Source: Eledone cirrhosa
Taxonomy: Eukaryota
Length of the DNA: 64,000 nt
Assembly (NCBI GenBank): GCA_964016885.1
Contig: OZ024740.1
Location: forward strand, 168,764,001-168,828,000
Reading direction: 5' to 3'
The first letter of the stretch is position 1. Each line of letters starts with the position of its first letter. Shown one piece after another: positions 1 through 13,795 of the stretch. The translations under genes were made by a program, and so were the position numbers. The notes under the pieces were generated by a model that was not told where the DNA came from, searched no databases, and saw only the letters and a list, made by a program, of their open reading frames with translations.

Positions 1-868
1 CCTTGCAAGTCAACATCAGCCACAATACCTAATTGACAGTTATTTGGTATGTGTGTTAAGTAATAGTAGTATACTTGCCTACATTAAATAAATTAAGATT
101 GTGGCATTAATCATATCATAGCTAATACATATGTTAGCTAAGTAAACTCAGTTATTTTGTGCATGATTTGGTCTAATTTACAGTTAGTAATAATTAAAAA
201 GTTTCAGAGGGACATTTCCATGCTGTATAAAATTTTAAGTACCACTGCTTTAAAATAACACAAGAATTCATTGACAAATCTACATGTTTATCAGTTTCAC
301 CCCCGTCCAGACTTCTTAACTTGAATTTTTTTTCTAGTGATTTTATTATAGTATGTTTCAGTGGAGCTCTTTTTAATTCCCACCTTTGAAGAATCTTGGA
401 AAAATTTCGGATTCAGAATATTTTCTACCCCTGTCTTCTCCTTATACATGACTATGCTGATAGAACCATCCTGTATTTTCTCTCAGTTTCCACACAGTTT
501 CAGTACATCTATTCAGGATTGCACATGGTCCATTAATTGAAGACCATAGTGAAACATAGGCACTAGACATCTCAAGGAAACATTATCACTTTTATATCCT
601 TCTGTTCAATAGTATGCAAGCTTAAATTCTCACATTTTAGCAACTAGATTTCACTGGAATCAACTTATATTACATTCATTGTCTGTTTTCCTGCCTCAAA
701 AATGCCTATATCTTTTTAAAAACATCCAATTGGGTTTCAATTTTGAAAAGTATAAGATCAATAGCATATTATAATGTACATTTGGTCATGTATGTATATA
801 CTAATTATATTAATATATACGTCATGTATGTATATATTATAATAATATATACAAACTTTTACTTGTAG

Positions 869-1024
869 CCAATGACACCGCAAGAGCAATGGCATTGGGT
901 TCACATCAGCTATGGAGAAGAGCTTGGATTAACTTCTAGTGATGATGATTATGTTCCTCCCCCTGGTCTTGATTATTTGAGAGACCGACATATTACCAAA
1001 GAAGATGGCAGTATTGCTGGAAAG
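869..1024 (+). CDS. GRAMD1: Internal coding exon of a GRAMD1/Aster-family gene (segment just after the GRAM domain)
   Basis: Acceptor tttacttgtag|CCA, donor AAG|gtaata, 156 nt, phase 0-0. Peptide PMTPQEQWHWVHISYGEELGLTSSDDDYVPP closely resembles the vertebrate GRAMD1B motif as I recall it (PLCPKELWHFVHQCYGNELGLTSDDEDYVPP). Confidence 0.88.
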
Positions 1025-1510
1025 GTAATACAATATTATTTATATTTCTGTATTTAAATCTTTACAGCATATGCTTATTTATATTAAATTGGATTCTATT
1101 ATATTGCAAGATTCTATTATATTGCAATTTTTTTGCTAGATGTATATCAAACAAAGACATCATTAGTAGAGCTACATATCTTTTAGTATTGGGTAAATGT
1201 ATTGTAGTGTTTCATCATCATCATCATCTTATACTTTTCTGTGTTCTGTGTTAAAATCATCTTAGGGTTGACTTAGGTTTTCATCTTTTCAGTCTTGACA
1301 AAATACATACCAAACAAGTTGTGAGGGGGGTCATTTCAGTCAACTATATCACCCCACTTATAAATTTGTATCTTTGTGAAAATGTAAGAAATCATCATCA
1401 CTATTATTATTACTGGAGTGTTACTTGTCATATGGGTGGGTGGGTAACTTTGGGAGTATATGTTTGCCATTGTGGCTAACAGTAGGTAAATACATAAAAA
1501 TGTATAATTA

Positions 1511-1938
1511 TCATCATCATCATCATCATCAACGTTTTACGTCTGTTCTTCCACGCTAGCATGGGTTAGACGGGTTGTCCTGTTGTGGGCAGTGTCTGGT
1601 CGGCTGACCTTGTCTTGCTCATACGGGAACTGATTCTGGCTTGACTTCTACAGCTGGATGCCTTTCTTAACACCAACCTCATTTACAGTGAGTGCTGGGT
1701 GCTTTTTTTCCGTGGCACCTACATGTCCACTTTACAGTGTGGGCTGGGTGCTTTTTTGCCGTGGCACCTCCACGACCACTTTGCAGTGGAATGATAGGGA
1801 CTCCAGTCCTATCATCTCATTTGTACAGCTGAGTAAACTGGAGCAATGTGAAATAAAGTGTCTTGCTCGAGGAAACAACACATCACCCAGTCCGAGAATT
1901 GAACTCACAACCTTTCGATTGCAATCCATGCGCCTTCA
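1511..1938 (-). mobile_element. tRNA-derived SINE with RTE-derived 3' end (family A)
   Basis: Minus strand: tRNA-like head, central gtgttgtttcctcgagcaagacactt domain, 3' part matching the RTE 3'UTR at 38180-38440, (GAT)n tail. Confidence 0.85.
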
Positions 1939-2417
1939 TATAAATAAAAATAAATATATAATATATGGATAACTAAAATCTACTAGGCCTGAATTTCGTT
2001 TAAACAATTCCTAATTTTGCTCATGCTCAAAATATTGTAAAGTGGTTTGAGGAAATGGAACCAATTTGTGGAAATGAGGAAAAAAGAGAGATTGGAGAAA
2101 GGAATGTATATTTTCATCAAAATGTATATTTTATTTCATCAAAAGAATGAAGTAAGAGTGAAAAGAAAACCTAAACTTTGTTTGAACACTATAAGCATGC
2201 ACCATTGTCTTGGAAGATAACAATTACCTGTGTGTATGTATGTATGGGTGCATATATGTGTATATGAGTGTCTACTTGATGTTCATTTGCCTGTCTCTTT
2301 TTCTCACTCCTTCAACTCATATGTTAATGCTCTCTTTATCTCTCTATCCACTCTCTCTATATGTTGTCAAACATGACATTGGACCAACCAAGATATTGGG
2401 TATCATATATTAGAGAT

Positions 2418-2820
2418 TTGGCAGCATCATTAGAGCATCAGATAAAATGCTTCACCATAGTATCAGATAAAATGGTTTGTAGTATTCCTGTTCTGAACTC
2501 AAACCCTGCCTAGTTTAACTTTGTGATTATTTCCATGGTCAATAAAATAAGTACCAGGCAAATACTAGGATCAATTTAATCGACTAACCCCTCTTCTCAA
2601 ATTTCTGGCTTTGTGCCTATGTTACAAATAATTGGCAGAATCAATGGAGCATCAGACAAAGTGACTCACAGTCTTTAATTACAGCTCTAGGTTCAGAGGT
2701 CAACTTTGCTTTTCATCTTTCTGCAGAGTCAATAAAATAAATTACCAGTCAAGTACTGTGGTCCATATAATCGATTTTCCCCTTCCCCCAAATTACTGGC
2801 CAATGTGAGAAAGAATTATT
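2418..2820 (+). mobile_element. Two adjacent diverged SINEs (family B)
   Basis: Both carry ttggcag..tc.ttagagc head and aactttg..tttcatc...gtcaataaaataagtaccag core, shared with 3853-4043, 13615-13795, 18030-18176, 20865-21042. Confidence 0.7.
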
Positions 2821-2827
2821 ATTATAT

Positions 2828-3386
2828 AATAATAATAATAATAATGAAAATGATTGTGTATAATGCTCAGGTGCACTACAACTCATCAAAGTTGCATGTA
2901 TAGTACAAATATCAGGAAAGTGAACAGTGTATGAGTCATGATACACACAGATACATGTGTGCATGTGTATGGAGGGGGAATATCAGGTGTAGTGTTGGTG
3001 AATGTCAGGAAGCATGGAAGTTTTAAAGGATGCAGTGTCCCGACAGCTAACAACTGATGCAAGTAGTTTGTTCCATGCTTCAGCAACTCTGAGCATGAAA
3101 AAATGTTTCCAAAAGTCATGGGAGCTGTGCTGTTTTCTGATTTTGTAAGCATGTCCATGGGTGTTAGACACATGGAATTCAAAAAGGTGCTCATGGTTGT
3201 TGTTGGCAAGATGGTTAATAATTTTGTGGGTGTCTACCAAGTCAGTTGCCAGACGTCGGAGCTTTAATGTATCCATGCCCAGGGAAGCAAGGCATTCAGA
3301 GTGTGGTAGATGCCTGATGGAGGGTATCCGCTTGGTTTCATGTCTCTGAACAGTTTCCAGGAGATCAATATTATGAGCAAGATATA
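2828..3386 (-). mobile_element. 5'-truncated CR1 LINE
   Basis: ORF2 C-terminus MDTLKLRRLATDL...TLRVAEAWNKL, near-identical to 10840-11133; (ATT)n tail. Confidence 0.9.
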
Positions 3387-3574
3387 TTTGAAATTATAAG
3401 CAAGATCTATTTTGAAATCATGTTATTAAAAGTATTTATTAGTTCATGTAAGTGAGAAGTTTCATAAGAATGGATAATGTATTCGATTTCTGTTTGACGA
3501 ACCACTATGTTACAGGACATAAACAAACAGTAAATAATATAAACACAGACATGTAAACACACATACACATACAC

Positions 3575-3718
3575 GGCAAGCTTCTTCACAGTTTCCGTCT
3601 ACCAAATTTCACTCACAAGGCATTGGTCAACCCAATGCCTTGTGAGTGAAGACCCTTGCCTAAGGTCTCACACAGTGAAACTGAACTTGAAACCATGTGG
3701 TTACGAAGTGAACTCCTT
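3575..3718 (-). mobile_element. tRNA-SINE (family C) fragment
   Basis: gccttgtgagtgaaatttggtagacggaaactgtgaagaagc motif, shared with 26045-26165, 29680-29840, 46170-46320, 57443-57590. Confidence 0.7.
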
Positions 3719-3852
3719 TAAATATTGGATACCTTAATGCAATAGAATGTTCTCACTAAAGTAAAACTATAATCGTTTTTGATTTCAAGATTAGACCTGA
3801 CATATTTTACTTTAAAGGTTGAAAATATAGAAAAAGAATTGTGCAATAACAA

Positions 3853-4043
3853 TTTCTGATTTAGGCATAAGGCCAACAATTTGGGGGAAGAGGAAAGTCG
3901 ATTAAATCGACCCCAGTGCGTGACTGGTACTTTATTTTATCTACCCTGTAAGGATGAAAGGCAAAGCTAACCTCGGTATGATTTGAACTCAGAATATAAA
4001 GGGCTGTAACTCTATGCTGCAAAGCATGATGTCCAACGCTCTG
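3853..4043 (-). mobile_element. SINE family B
   Basis: gagttcaaat B-box-like motif followed by gcctttcatccttacagggtagataaaataaagtaccagt core. Confidence 0.8.
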
Positions 4044-4114
4044 ACGATATTGCCAATTCACCAGTTTCTAATTTAAGCACATTTTTGAGTGGGAGTAGAT
4101 TATATCTACATCAG

Positions 4115-4385
4115 CACTTGTCTGGAGGCTCATCAGGCCCATGCTTATCCTGGTTTCCGTGGCATGAAGTGACCGAGAGTAAAAGACTCCCCCTGGATAG
4201 GACACCTGTCCATTGTACGGTTAAATCCCCTGCTGTTGCTGGTACTCATTTGCTGCTGAGTATACTGGAGCAGCTTGAAACAAATTGTTTTGCTCAAGAA
4301 TGCAGCACACAATCCAGTACAAGAATTAAACCCATGACATGATCGTAAGTCCAACACCCTTATCACTAGGCTTACGTACCTCCAC
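4115..4385 (-). mobile_element. tRNA-SINE with family-A-like central domain and a different 3' end
   Basis: Head ggaggtacgtaagcctagtgataagggtgttggact; core ttcttgagcaaaaca...gctccagtatactcagc. Confidence 0.65.
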
Positions 4386-7003
4386 TCAGTACTTGACTGG
4401 TACTTTATTCTATCGACCTCAAAAAGATGAAAAGCAAGTTAAACTTGGAGTGTAAAGAGCTGGAACAAATACAGTTCTAACTACTCTGATAATGATGGAG
4501 ATAATTGTTTCTACTTTTGGCTGGTCCACATAACTTAGCCCTAGCTTTCTGGTTCTATGGATACAGAATCAACAACTATGATCCAAGGGAGGTAACTCTT
4601 GATGCATGACAAAAGATACCGTGGACTAAATCATCTATTTCTTTTTTTACCAGCTACTCACACAAATGATAGGCAGACCTGTGAGCAAACCTATATGTGG
4701 TTGACAGATCGGCTAGAAATAGCAGCCAAATTTCTCATAAATCATTCCTTACTGAGTTAAAATAAAAACATATTGGATAATGCTTCCTAAAGATAGAACA
4801 TATTTAATTTCCCATTTCCTTTCTTACACACACATTGAATAGACTAAGCAATAAGAGAGCCAATACGTGGTCGACTTACCTGCTAGAAATAGCAGCCAAA
4901 TTCCCCTCAAATCCTACTATATTGAAGTAAAATGAAAACATATTGGCTAATGTAGTCTGAAATATACAGATAAAAAATGAGCTGTTCATAGCTGGATTTG
5001 GCTTGACTGAAAGTTAAACAACAAAAAGAACAACTTCAGATGCAATCAGCCACAACTCTCAGCCACACAGACATACTACTCAATATTCATAGGTATCAGA
5101 TTTAGTCAACGACAAAGACACAACACTATTTTACACATAATACACATAATCCATCATGAATTATTTACCTACTACTAGGAATTTACAGCACACATAGAAG
5201 ATATAGTAATGAAAACAAAATGACACACATGTATCAGATTAAGTCAATGCAAAGAAAACACTATTTTACACATGATCAACCCATGCTAGCATGGAAAATG
5301 GACGTTAGACGGTGTTAATGATGATGATCCACCATGAATTATTCAACTAATCTCTTCACAACAAACTATGAGGAATACTAATCAATAAACTTAGCATCAT
5401 CACAGATTGTACACTGCCAGCAACTCCAGTTCTTATATACAGTGAAACAAAAATACTCAAAATGAAAGACCACTTGTGAAGGTTTGTTATTGTAGCAAAC
5501 TCCAATCTACACAGTACCTGCCACTATGTGCATAATTACTCTGAAACATCCAGAACACAATGCCCCAGATCACTACTACAATACCATCTTAAAAATACTA
5601 TCCCTGTGGATGTTTGTATGGTTAAGTAGTCAAGAGGTTTGCTTTGTAACCATGAGGTCTTGGGTTTAATCCTACTGTGGGGCATCTTGGGAAAATGTCT
5701 TTACCATAGTCTAAAGTTGAAATGTTTCTATTCATCTAAAGTCAAATTTCCATCATAATCTATGTAAGCTCCAAGCACTAGCTTAATAATGAGAAAGTTA
5801 GTTATATTACTAAATCCCTCTTAATACTTGATTATTTTCAAAATTAATTGAAAATCATGGGCAATGTCTTTCATTAGAAATATGTTAATGAAAGGGTTAA
5901 ATTTAGCTTGAATGTTATAATTTTGGTGTTGTATTTGTTTGTTTAGTTACTATAGAGCGCCACTTTCATTTATTTCTTGCAACATTATTTAATTGACTTC
6001 ATATATATATTTGGTGCCTGTAAATGTAATAGAAAATACTCTTGTTAGTGACACCAAATGGTCCTTCTTTCTTCAATAAACAAATTCATTAGAGAAAATT
6101 GAAGTTGAAAAGCATTGTTGTGGATTAGTTGAGCTTAAAGTTATTGTGCTCTAGTATTTTTTAACTTCTTAGTTTGAGGAAATCTAATACCTTTCATCAC
6201 AATTTGTTAAGCTATTCTACAAACACCAGATAAGTAATGAAAAATTTGATTATTATTTTTTTTATTATTTGAATATTATTTAAAAATAAAAAGATTGAAA
6301 CATTTTACTAAATAAGTTTAAAATATGTTTATAAACTTTGCTAGTTAGGGTATATTAGGATTGTCTCCCTTACCAATATTGAACTATGTTGATAAACATA
6401 TTTATTCAGATTTAGAGACATGGATTAAAGTTATTTACTTTTTCTGTGCAGTTGTATAAAGATCTTTACTGTGTGCTTCATTAAAATATTTCAATGAAAG
6501 TCACCTAAGAATTTTCTTCTTCATCCATCAAATCCAGCTATTTCACCAAAACTGAATTAGCTTCAACCATAACTAAACTTTTTAAACCTACACTCCCTGT
6601 ATGCACTTGCTCTAACACTTGAAAGCAACTGTAAGTGCTATATAAACAGCGATAAATATGTCCTGTTGCTTGCACATCAGATATATCTAAGGGGGTGTAA
6701 ACAACCTGTAACCCTTTTGATACTAAACTACCTGAAATTGACCGTGGTTCTACAATACGAAACTGTTTGTTTTAAAGCATTTATATTTATTTGAGTACCT
6801 ATCATAATTGTTGTGTTCCAAACATCACATAAATAATGAAAACGTTACATTACTAAATTTCTCCAAATTTTTGATAATTTTCAAAATTATTTGAAAATTA
6901 TAGGTAGGGACTTACATTAGAAATATGGTCATGAAATGTTGATTATTATCACCTACAGCGTGCTAAATCTCTTAGCAAAGGAATTGGCCATCAGTATAAA
7001 TCA

Positions 7004-7232
7004 TTAACTCTTTAGCATTTAAACTAGCCATATTCGGCCAGAATTTGCTCACGTCTTTCTGTTCAAACTAGCTGAATCCAGTCACTCATACTTTTGTTAA
7101 GGTATTGTTTTCAAAATAAATAATATCAAAATCTCATAGATTCGATATTATGTGAGATTATTATGTGAGATAAAGCCTTTACTGTGAAAATATAATAGTA
7201 AATATAGAGTAATGTAAATGTTAAAGTGTTAA
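7004..7232. mobile_element. piggyBac-type MITE
   Basis: Ends TTAActctttagcattta ... taaatgttaaagtgTTAA: imperfect TIRs bounded by TTAA. Related ends at ~5890 (aaagggttaa) and ~6708 (taacccttt). Confidence 0.55.
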
Positions 7233-7466
7233 AAGCTATATCCCTCTGCTATGCAATGCTCATTATCCATAGAAATCCACAGTGGCTGCTGTACTAAATA
7301 ACCTATCATATAAATGTCTTTGCTAAATTCTTTTATGAGTTACAATAAGAAATAAGTATCTGCATGGGAAGTTCAATATTATATCATATGCCAGTGATTA
7401 TTTTAACATGTAATTGACCTATGCTTGTGTGGTTCTAAATTGCTTGTGTGGTTCAAAATTGCCATG

Positions 7467-8606
7467 GTGATATCCATGGATGAAGTATGCCACAAAATTG
7501 GTCGATGTTCCAAAATAGAACATTGCCCAGAAAATCACATCAGCCATATCTGTACAGAACCCGAAAACTCGTTCCGTAATCGTTGGGTCGAATGTGGAAC
7601 CTGTCACATCTCTGTCTGCCTTCAATGTGCCACAGGCTTCTGGAAGATCCCAGGCCAAAACAAGAAACATCATATTGCTCTGTGGATAGACTCTGGGAGA
7701 TGGTCCAGCTAACAAATTGGTCCTTTCAGTGCCTGGACTGTATGCCTGCCTCTACCATTGCTGTGGAACAACAACAACAAAAACCGAAGATCGTGTCTTC
7801 CTCTATCATTGTTCCTGAACAACAGCAAAAACCAACGACCGTAGCTTCTGCTACTACCCCCGTTGAAGGACTTCATCAACAACAGCAACCCATGTCTTCC
7901 TCCCCCGTTACTTTTCAACAACAATAACCGACAACTGTGTCTTCTCCTACCATGCCTGTTGAAGGAGAAGAACAACAACAAAAATCGACCGTCAATACGG
8001 AGTTTGAGGAAATACGGCAAATGATTTCTGTTTTAAGCCGAGAAATAGCGGGAATAAAATCAAGCGTTTGTGTAGAACCCCACAATGAGGGATCTTACCG
8101 GAGTGCCTTGTTAAAAAATCTCTGTGTACCTCATGTTGAACCTAGACGCATTGAGAATGCCACTGAATCTGCAAAACACGAAGTGATTGCCATTGGTGTG
8201 CCGGAAGACATAGTTGATCTTCAGGCATTTGCTGCCAGTTCATCCAAAGACTTGGGCTGTGTTCCCGCAAAGGGTGCTCTATGCCTTGGCCGACCAGGCC
8301 TGAAACCCAGGCTAATTAGACTGAGGCACGTTCATACCTTGTAGCCTCTGATAAAGCTAGGCGTGAAAGTCGGATTGCTTCCGAACATGGCCTGGTCTTC
8401 CACCTGATGTCCGCCCAAAGTTGCGTGCTGCAGCTTCCTTAAACCGCAGCTCGACAGAACATAAAAGCTTCAGCCTACGTGATGATGGGCAGATATGGAA
8501 GTTTGTTAAGGCTGGTGAAACATGGAAAAGAGATACCAGCTGGTCTGAAAACACTGTACCCACAACATCTGACAATAAAGAAACTGAAAAAACTCTTGGA
8601 AACTAA
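7467..8606 (+). pseudogene. CR1 ORF1 (PHD-like finger, low-complexity linker, coiled coil), disrupted
   Basis: WVECGTCHISVCLQC ... WSFQCLDC split over frames; ends immediately upstream of ORF2. Confidence 0.7.
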
Positions 8607-8659
8607 ATCAGAACAACCTGCCATCCCCTGCACATAATCATATACTGGAATCAAGGTAC

Positions 8660-11133
8660 AAATTGTTGTCCTTGAATGCACGTAGTCTATGCAATAAGAT
8701 TCATCTTTTTGACTCCTACGTCAAAAGCATCAACCCTGACTTCATTACAGTCACGGAAACTTGGGCACATCCCTTACTCTGTGATGGGGTTTTCAGCATA
8801 ACTGGCTACAACCTGTTTCATAAAGACCGCATTAATCGTGGTGGTGGTGGTGTAATGGTCTACGTTCGGTCAAATTTGTTGGCAATTCCTTGAGTTGATT
8901 TGAACCAATCACAGCAGGAAGTTTTTTTCTGCGATATACGTATGACCATGTCAACACTGCTACTTGGAGTCGTTTACCGTCCCCCAAATTACCATCAGGA
9001 CACTCAACTTTGTGTATCCTCAGAGCTGCTGCCAGGAAAACAGCCACTTATGTTTTCATTGCAGGAGACTTCAATCACCCTGAGATTGACTGGGAAACCT
9101 TTCGTTGGCCGCCAAGTGCAAATGACTTCCTTGAGCTAGTGCTGGACTCGAATTGGTCCCAAGTAGTCACCTCCCCAACAAGAGGTGACAACACTTTGGA
9201 CCTACTCTTCACCATTACTCCTGAAACGGTCATTAGTGTTACTGCTGAGGAACCTTTAGGTGACTCTGATCATGCTATGATCATTGCCAATCTATCCCTC
9301 ATGGGCAGTAACAAGAACCACAACCATCTCCAAACTGCTCACTTTGACTGGAACTGTTACTGCACCGAGTTGCAACGGCCAAACTGGCTTGAGTTTTACG
9401 ACTCTGGAGATGTCAACACTGTACTCCAGAACATCCTGAGCTCAATATGGACAGCATGTGCAGCATCGGTGCCACGTAAGCTGAAAAAACATCCCAAAAG
9501 TGCAATTTGGGAGACTGCAGCAGTCCGTCTTACCAGAAAAAAATGTCGCAATGCTGAACGTGAGTACAAACTGCACAAATCAGACATTAATAGGAAGAGG
9601 CGAAATAGATCGTCCAACCACCTCAAACAGGTGATAAAAAAAGGCAGTGCTTCAATTTGAGCAGCACATAGCAACCAGCCCTGACAGTGTTACGTACCTG
9701 CTTCTTAAACGTGGTGGGTACTTCCTTCTGCACCAGTTATCACGCTTCTTTCAATTCTGTCTGAACAACGGTGCTACTCCAGAACAGTGGAAAACTGCCA
9801 GTGTCATTTCTCTGTTCAAAAAGGGTGACCGCACATGACCTGTGAACTATCGTCCAGTCAGTCTTACTAGTTGCATTGACAAACTGATGGAATTCTGTGT
9901 CAGAGAAATACTTTGGAACGTCTGGAACTCTCACAGTCTTATCCGGCCCTCGCAATTTGAATTTATCCCCAATTCCAGCTGCTGTGATCAACTTATCGAG
10001 TTTCTTGAAGACATCACTCGGATCACTGATGGCGGCTGATGGGTGGATGTTGTTTACCTTGACTTTGCGAAAGCTTTCAATTCTGTGCCACACAAAAGGC
10101 TTATGGCAAAACTCTCCGCAATGGGTGTGAAAGATGATCTTTTTAACTGGTTGAAGTCCTTCATACTCAGTTGAAGAGAGGTAGTCACGGTTCTGGGACA
10201 GCATTCCTCACCGTATGAGATGTCATCTGGTGTACCACAGGGATCTGTTCTTGGCCCCCTTTTGTTTGTGGCATATATTAATGACATAGATGCCAACTTA
10301 AAGAATGCCACAGTACTAAAGTACGCAGATGACATCAAGCTGTACCTTGAGATAAAAAGGACAGATCCTGAACACTATAGATCTTGCTTGCAGTCTGACC
10401 TGGACACAATGCAACAAAGGATCTCAGACTGGCAACTCAAGCTAGCTGTGGACAAGTGCACCACCATACATTTTGGGAGTAAAAACCCAGCGTCCACATC
10501 TCCCTCCACAGCACTAATATCAAGAAGTCTTCTTATGAACGTGATATGGGCATTACGGTCAGCAGCGATTTGCGTTGGACGAAGCACGTCTCTAAAATTG
10601 TCAAGAGGGCCGAGGGTGTCTTAGCATCACTCAGCATTACCTTTGTCAGCCGCTCTCCAGCTATCTATTTAAGGCTGTACATGGCTATGGTGCGGCCACA
10701 CTTAGAATTTGCATCACCAGTCTGGAACCCCTATCTTGCTCAGAACATTGACCGCCTGGAAACTGTTCAGAGACGTGCAACCAAGTGAATACCCTGCATC
10801 AGGCATCTACCATACTCTGAGTGCCTTGCTTCCCTGGGCATGGATACATTGAAGCTCCGACGCCTGGCAACTGACTTAGTAAACACCCACAAAATTGTTA
10901 ACCATCTTGCCAACAACAACCCTGAGTACCTTTTTGATTTCCATGTGTCTAACACACGTGGGCATGCACACAAAGTCAGAAAACAGTACAGTTCCCATGA
11001 CTTTCAGAATCATTTTTTCACGCTCAGAGTTGCTGAAGCATGGAACAAACTACCTGCATCGGTTGTTAGCTGTCGAGACACTGCATCTTTTAAGGCCTCC
11101 ATGCTTCCCGAGATTCGCCAACACTACACCTAA
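8660..11133 (+). pseudogene. CR1 ORF2 (APE endonuclease + reverse transcriptase), disrupted
   Basis: Motifs in ORFs 8663-8893, 9010-9660, 9842-10039, 10220-10624, 10546-10788, 10840-11133. Confidence 0.9.
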
Positions 11134-11319
11134 TGTTCCCCCTCCATATACACATACACACATGTATATCATGACTCATACACTATTCACTTCCCTGAAA
11201 TTTGTGTATTATTCTATGTACTATACATGCACCTTTGACAAGTTGTAGTGCACCTGAGCACTTTACACAATAATTTCATTATTATTATTAAATCTAATTT
11301 TGTGCTATAAGTTTACATG

Positions 11320-11890
11320 GAGTTCCACTGAAGCAGGTAGAGATATTCAAATATCTCAGGGCTGTTTTCAAGAGTGATGGAAGGCAGGAGGTTGAATTAA
11401 ATGCAAGAATTGCAAACGCTAGTCAGTAATGTGTCAGCTTCAGCATTCCGGAAAAGGGAGGTAGGCGTAAAAACCAAATTCGCTATCTTCAATTTGGTAT
11501 TTGTGCCAACCCATACCTATGGTCTTTAGTAATAACTGAAAGAATGCGATTGCAAATACAAGCGGCTGAAATGGGATTCTTCCAAAGGGTCTTTTGAGTA
11601 ACCTTACTCAATAAAGTGTGTAGCTCGAAGATCACAGAGTCACTCCAGGTAGAGCCGTTACTTCTCTGAATTGAGAGATCACAGCTCTGATACTATGGGC
11701 ATGTGATTAGAATGTCTCTGGAAAGAATTGCTTGACAGATGTTACAGGCAAAACGAAATTGTAAAAAAACCAGGGGTAGACCCTGAGCAAGATGGTTGGA
11801 TAACATCCATGAGCTCGGCTGGTGTCTCGCTTAGGGATCCAGCCGGATCAGTTGGAGACGGTTTCTTCTGACTGCACCCACTGGAATAAG
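11320..11890 (+). mobile_element. Old degraded RTE-type LINE 3' fragment
   Basis: Traces of EQVEIFKYL, IQAAEMGF, IERSQL.YYGHVIRM across frames; related minus-strand copy at 26170-26570. Confidence 0.7.
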
Positions 11891-12499
11891 TGGGCAAAGA
11901 AGTTTACACTTTGTGTCAAATACTACATATGCTTAAATATAGTAAATGATGGTTAAATGATGTAAAACATCCATAAAATGTTTAAAATACAAATACTTCT
12001 CAGACTTAGAGAATATTAAACACAAGGTTATACACCTACCTAAACAAATTTGTGCTATTCTAAAATTTCCTTAAAATAAACTCTATTGTGTGCAGTTTAG
12101 CCATGTCATGTCAGCAACAGGAGATAAATCAAATAACTAGGGAGCCACTACATGGTTGCTTGACCTGCTAAAAATAACAGCACAATATCCCTCTAATCAT
12201 ACTCTATCTTCTTAAAGAAGGATACATTGGGTAAGGTTATCTTAATATACAGAAGGATGGGGTGTTTACAAATGAAGCACCTTTGACCATAGGTCTGTGG
12301 AATCAAAACAAACTTGTACTAAGTAACAATAATTGTAATAAATCATGTTCCTCATATAAACAGTAAACTTTCCTGTAGAATATTATTAATTTTTAAGATT
12401 CCAGGTGTGAATTAAAAAACACTGTTTACAGATAATTACCAAAAAGATGCCATACCCTAACCACTAGGCCATGCATCGTCACATTATATCTGCAGTCAT

Positions 12500-12716
12500 C
12501 ATAATAATAATAATAATAAAGAAATTATTGTGTAAAGTCCTCAAGTGCACTACAACTCGTCAAAAGTGCATGTATAGTACATAGAATAATATACAAATGT
12601 CAGGGAAGTGAATAGTGTATGAGTCATGATATACATGTGTGTATGTGTATGGAGGGGGAACATTAGGTGTAGTGTTGGCGAATCTTGGGAAGCATGGAGG
12701 TTTTAAAGGATGCAGA
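12500..12716 (-). mobile_element. CR1 3' end fragment
   Basis: Reverse complement of ~11083-11290 including (ATT)n tail. Confidence 0.85.
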
Positions 12717-13614
12717 TCATAGTTTTCTTATAGTCATTTTGTTCCAAATTTTAGGTTGTAGCTAATGTGATTCTGTTTTTAAGGTTTTGGGGGAAATTTT
12801 GTTCTACATTGAGCAAATTAAGTAGCTTTCGTATATAGCTACTTTACTTCTACATTACATATGTTTGTGTTGTTGTTGTTGTTACTCTTGACTAGACTTC
12901 ACCAACTCTGTTTTAATAGAATTATTTGTGTTGAAAGCAAAGTTAAAATAAACGTGGGTAGAAAAGGTTTAACATCTGGAACCATCTGAACTCAGTAGTA
13001 GGAAGGAATTGAAGATTAATCTGAAATTGGTAGAGATGCCTAGAAAATGCCAATGTACACAGCTGCAGCTAGGCTGTTTACCATATGAAAATTAGTAATG
13101 CAGTTTATCACTTAGACAAGCAATTTTTTCATTTTTCAGTTTTTTGGGAACAGATGTGAAAAACTAAACATAATAGTAGTTTATATTACTATTATGCTTA
13201 GTTTTTCACATCTAATGAATTAATATTCAGTAAATGGGCTTAGTCTTTAAAACCTAGTTTCTGATCAATAATACTTTAAAAAGACATTAATTAAAACATC
13301 TAGTTAATTTCCATATATGAGAGAGTACTATATACACAAAGTAATAATCTCAACTAATTAGTTGTCAATTTAAAAACAAATTATAGGTGGAATGTTCTCA
13401 ATGTTACATACAGTTTAGATCTCTTTTATACTCTTTCTTTTCTACTTTGATATATTTATTCCGAGTCCTCTCTTCTGCCTCATCTATTTATAAGGCAAAT
13501 TAAGCAGTGTGCCACCAGATATACTCTTTCCACTTTTAATGTGTTTCACATTCTCAGGCTCTGTTTTAAAGCCTTTCCCCCACCGAATATTTCATCTTCA
13601 GAGTTGCATCATAT

Positions 13615-13795
13615 TGGCAGTATCAGTAGAGCATCAGACACCATGCTTTGCAGCATGGAGTTATGGCCCTTCACGTTTTGAGTTCAAATCCCACCAAAGT
13701 TAACTTTGCCTTTCATCCTTAGGGCGTCAGTAAAATAAAGCACCAGTAATGCACTGGGATAATTACTGGCCTTCTGTCAAAAGTAGAAACAATTA
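13615..13795 (+). mobile_element. SINE family B
   Basis: Same head and core as 3853-4043 and 20865-21042. Confidence 0.75.

Larger units (their letters stand above)
7425..11290 (+). mobile_element. Near full-length, inactivated CR1-clade LINE
   Basis: ORF1 with Cys/His-rich PHD-like N-terminus and Q/P/T-rich linker; APE endonuclease (LNARSL, ETW, GGGV, VYRPP, GDFN, LDL, SDH); RT (NYRPVSL, PQGSVLGP, YADD); (ATT)n tail. Several stops and frameshifts, plus an apparent internal deletion near 9675. Confidence 0.92.

Noticed and set aside
4125-4165. GAAAC...CTGATGAG on the minus strand at a SINE 3' end
   Set aside because: The motifs are present but I could not form supporting stems I-III.
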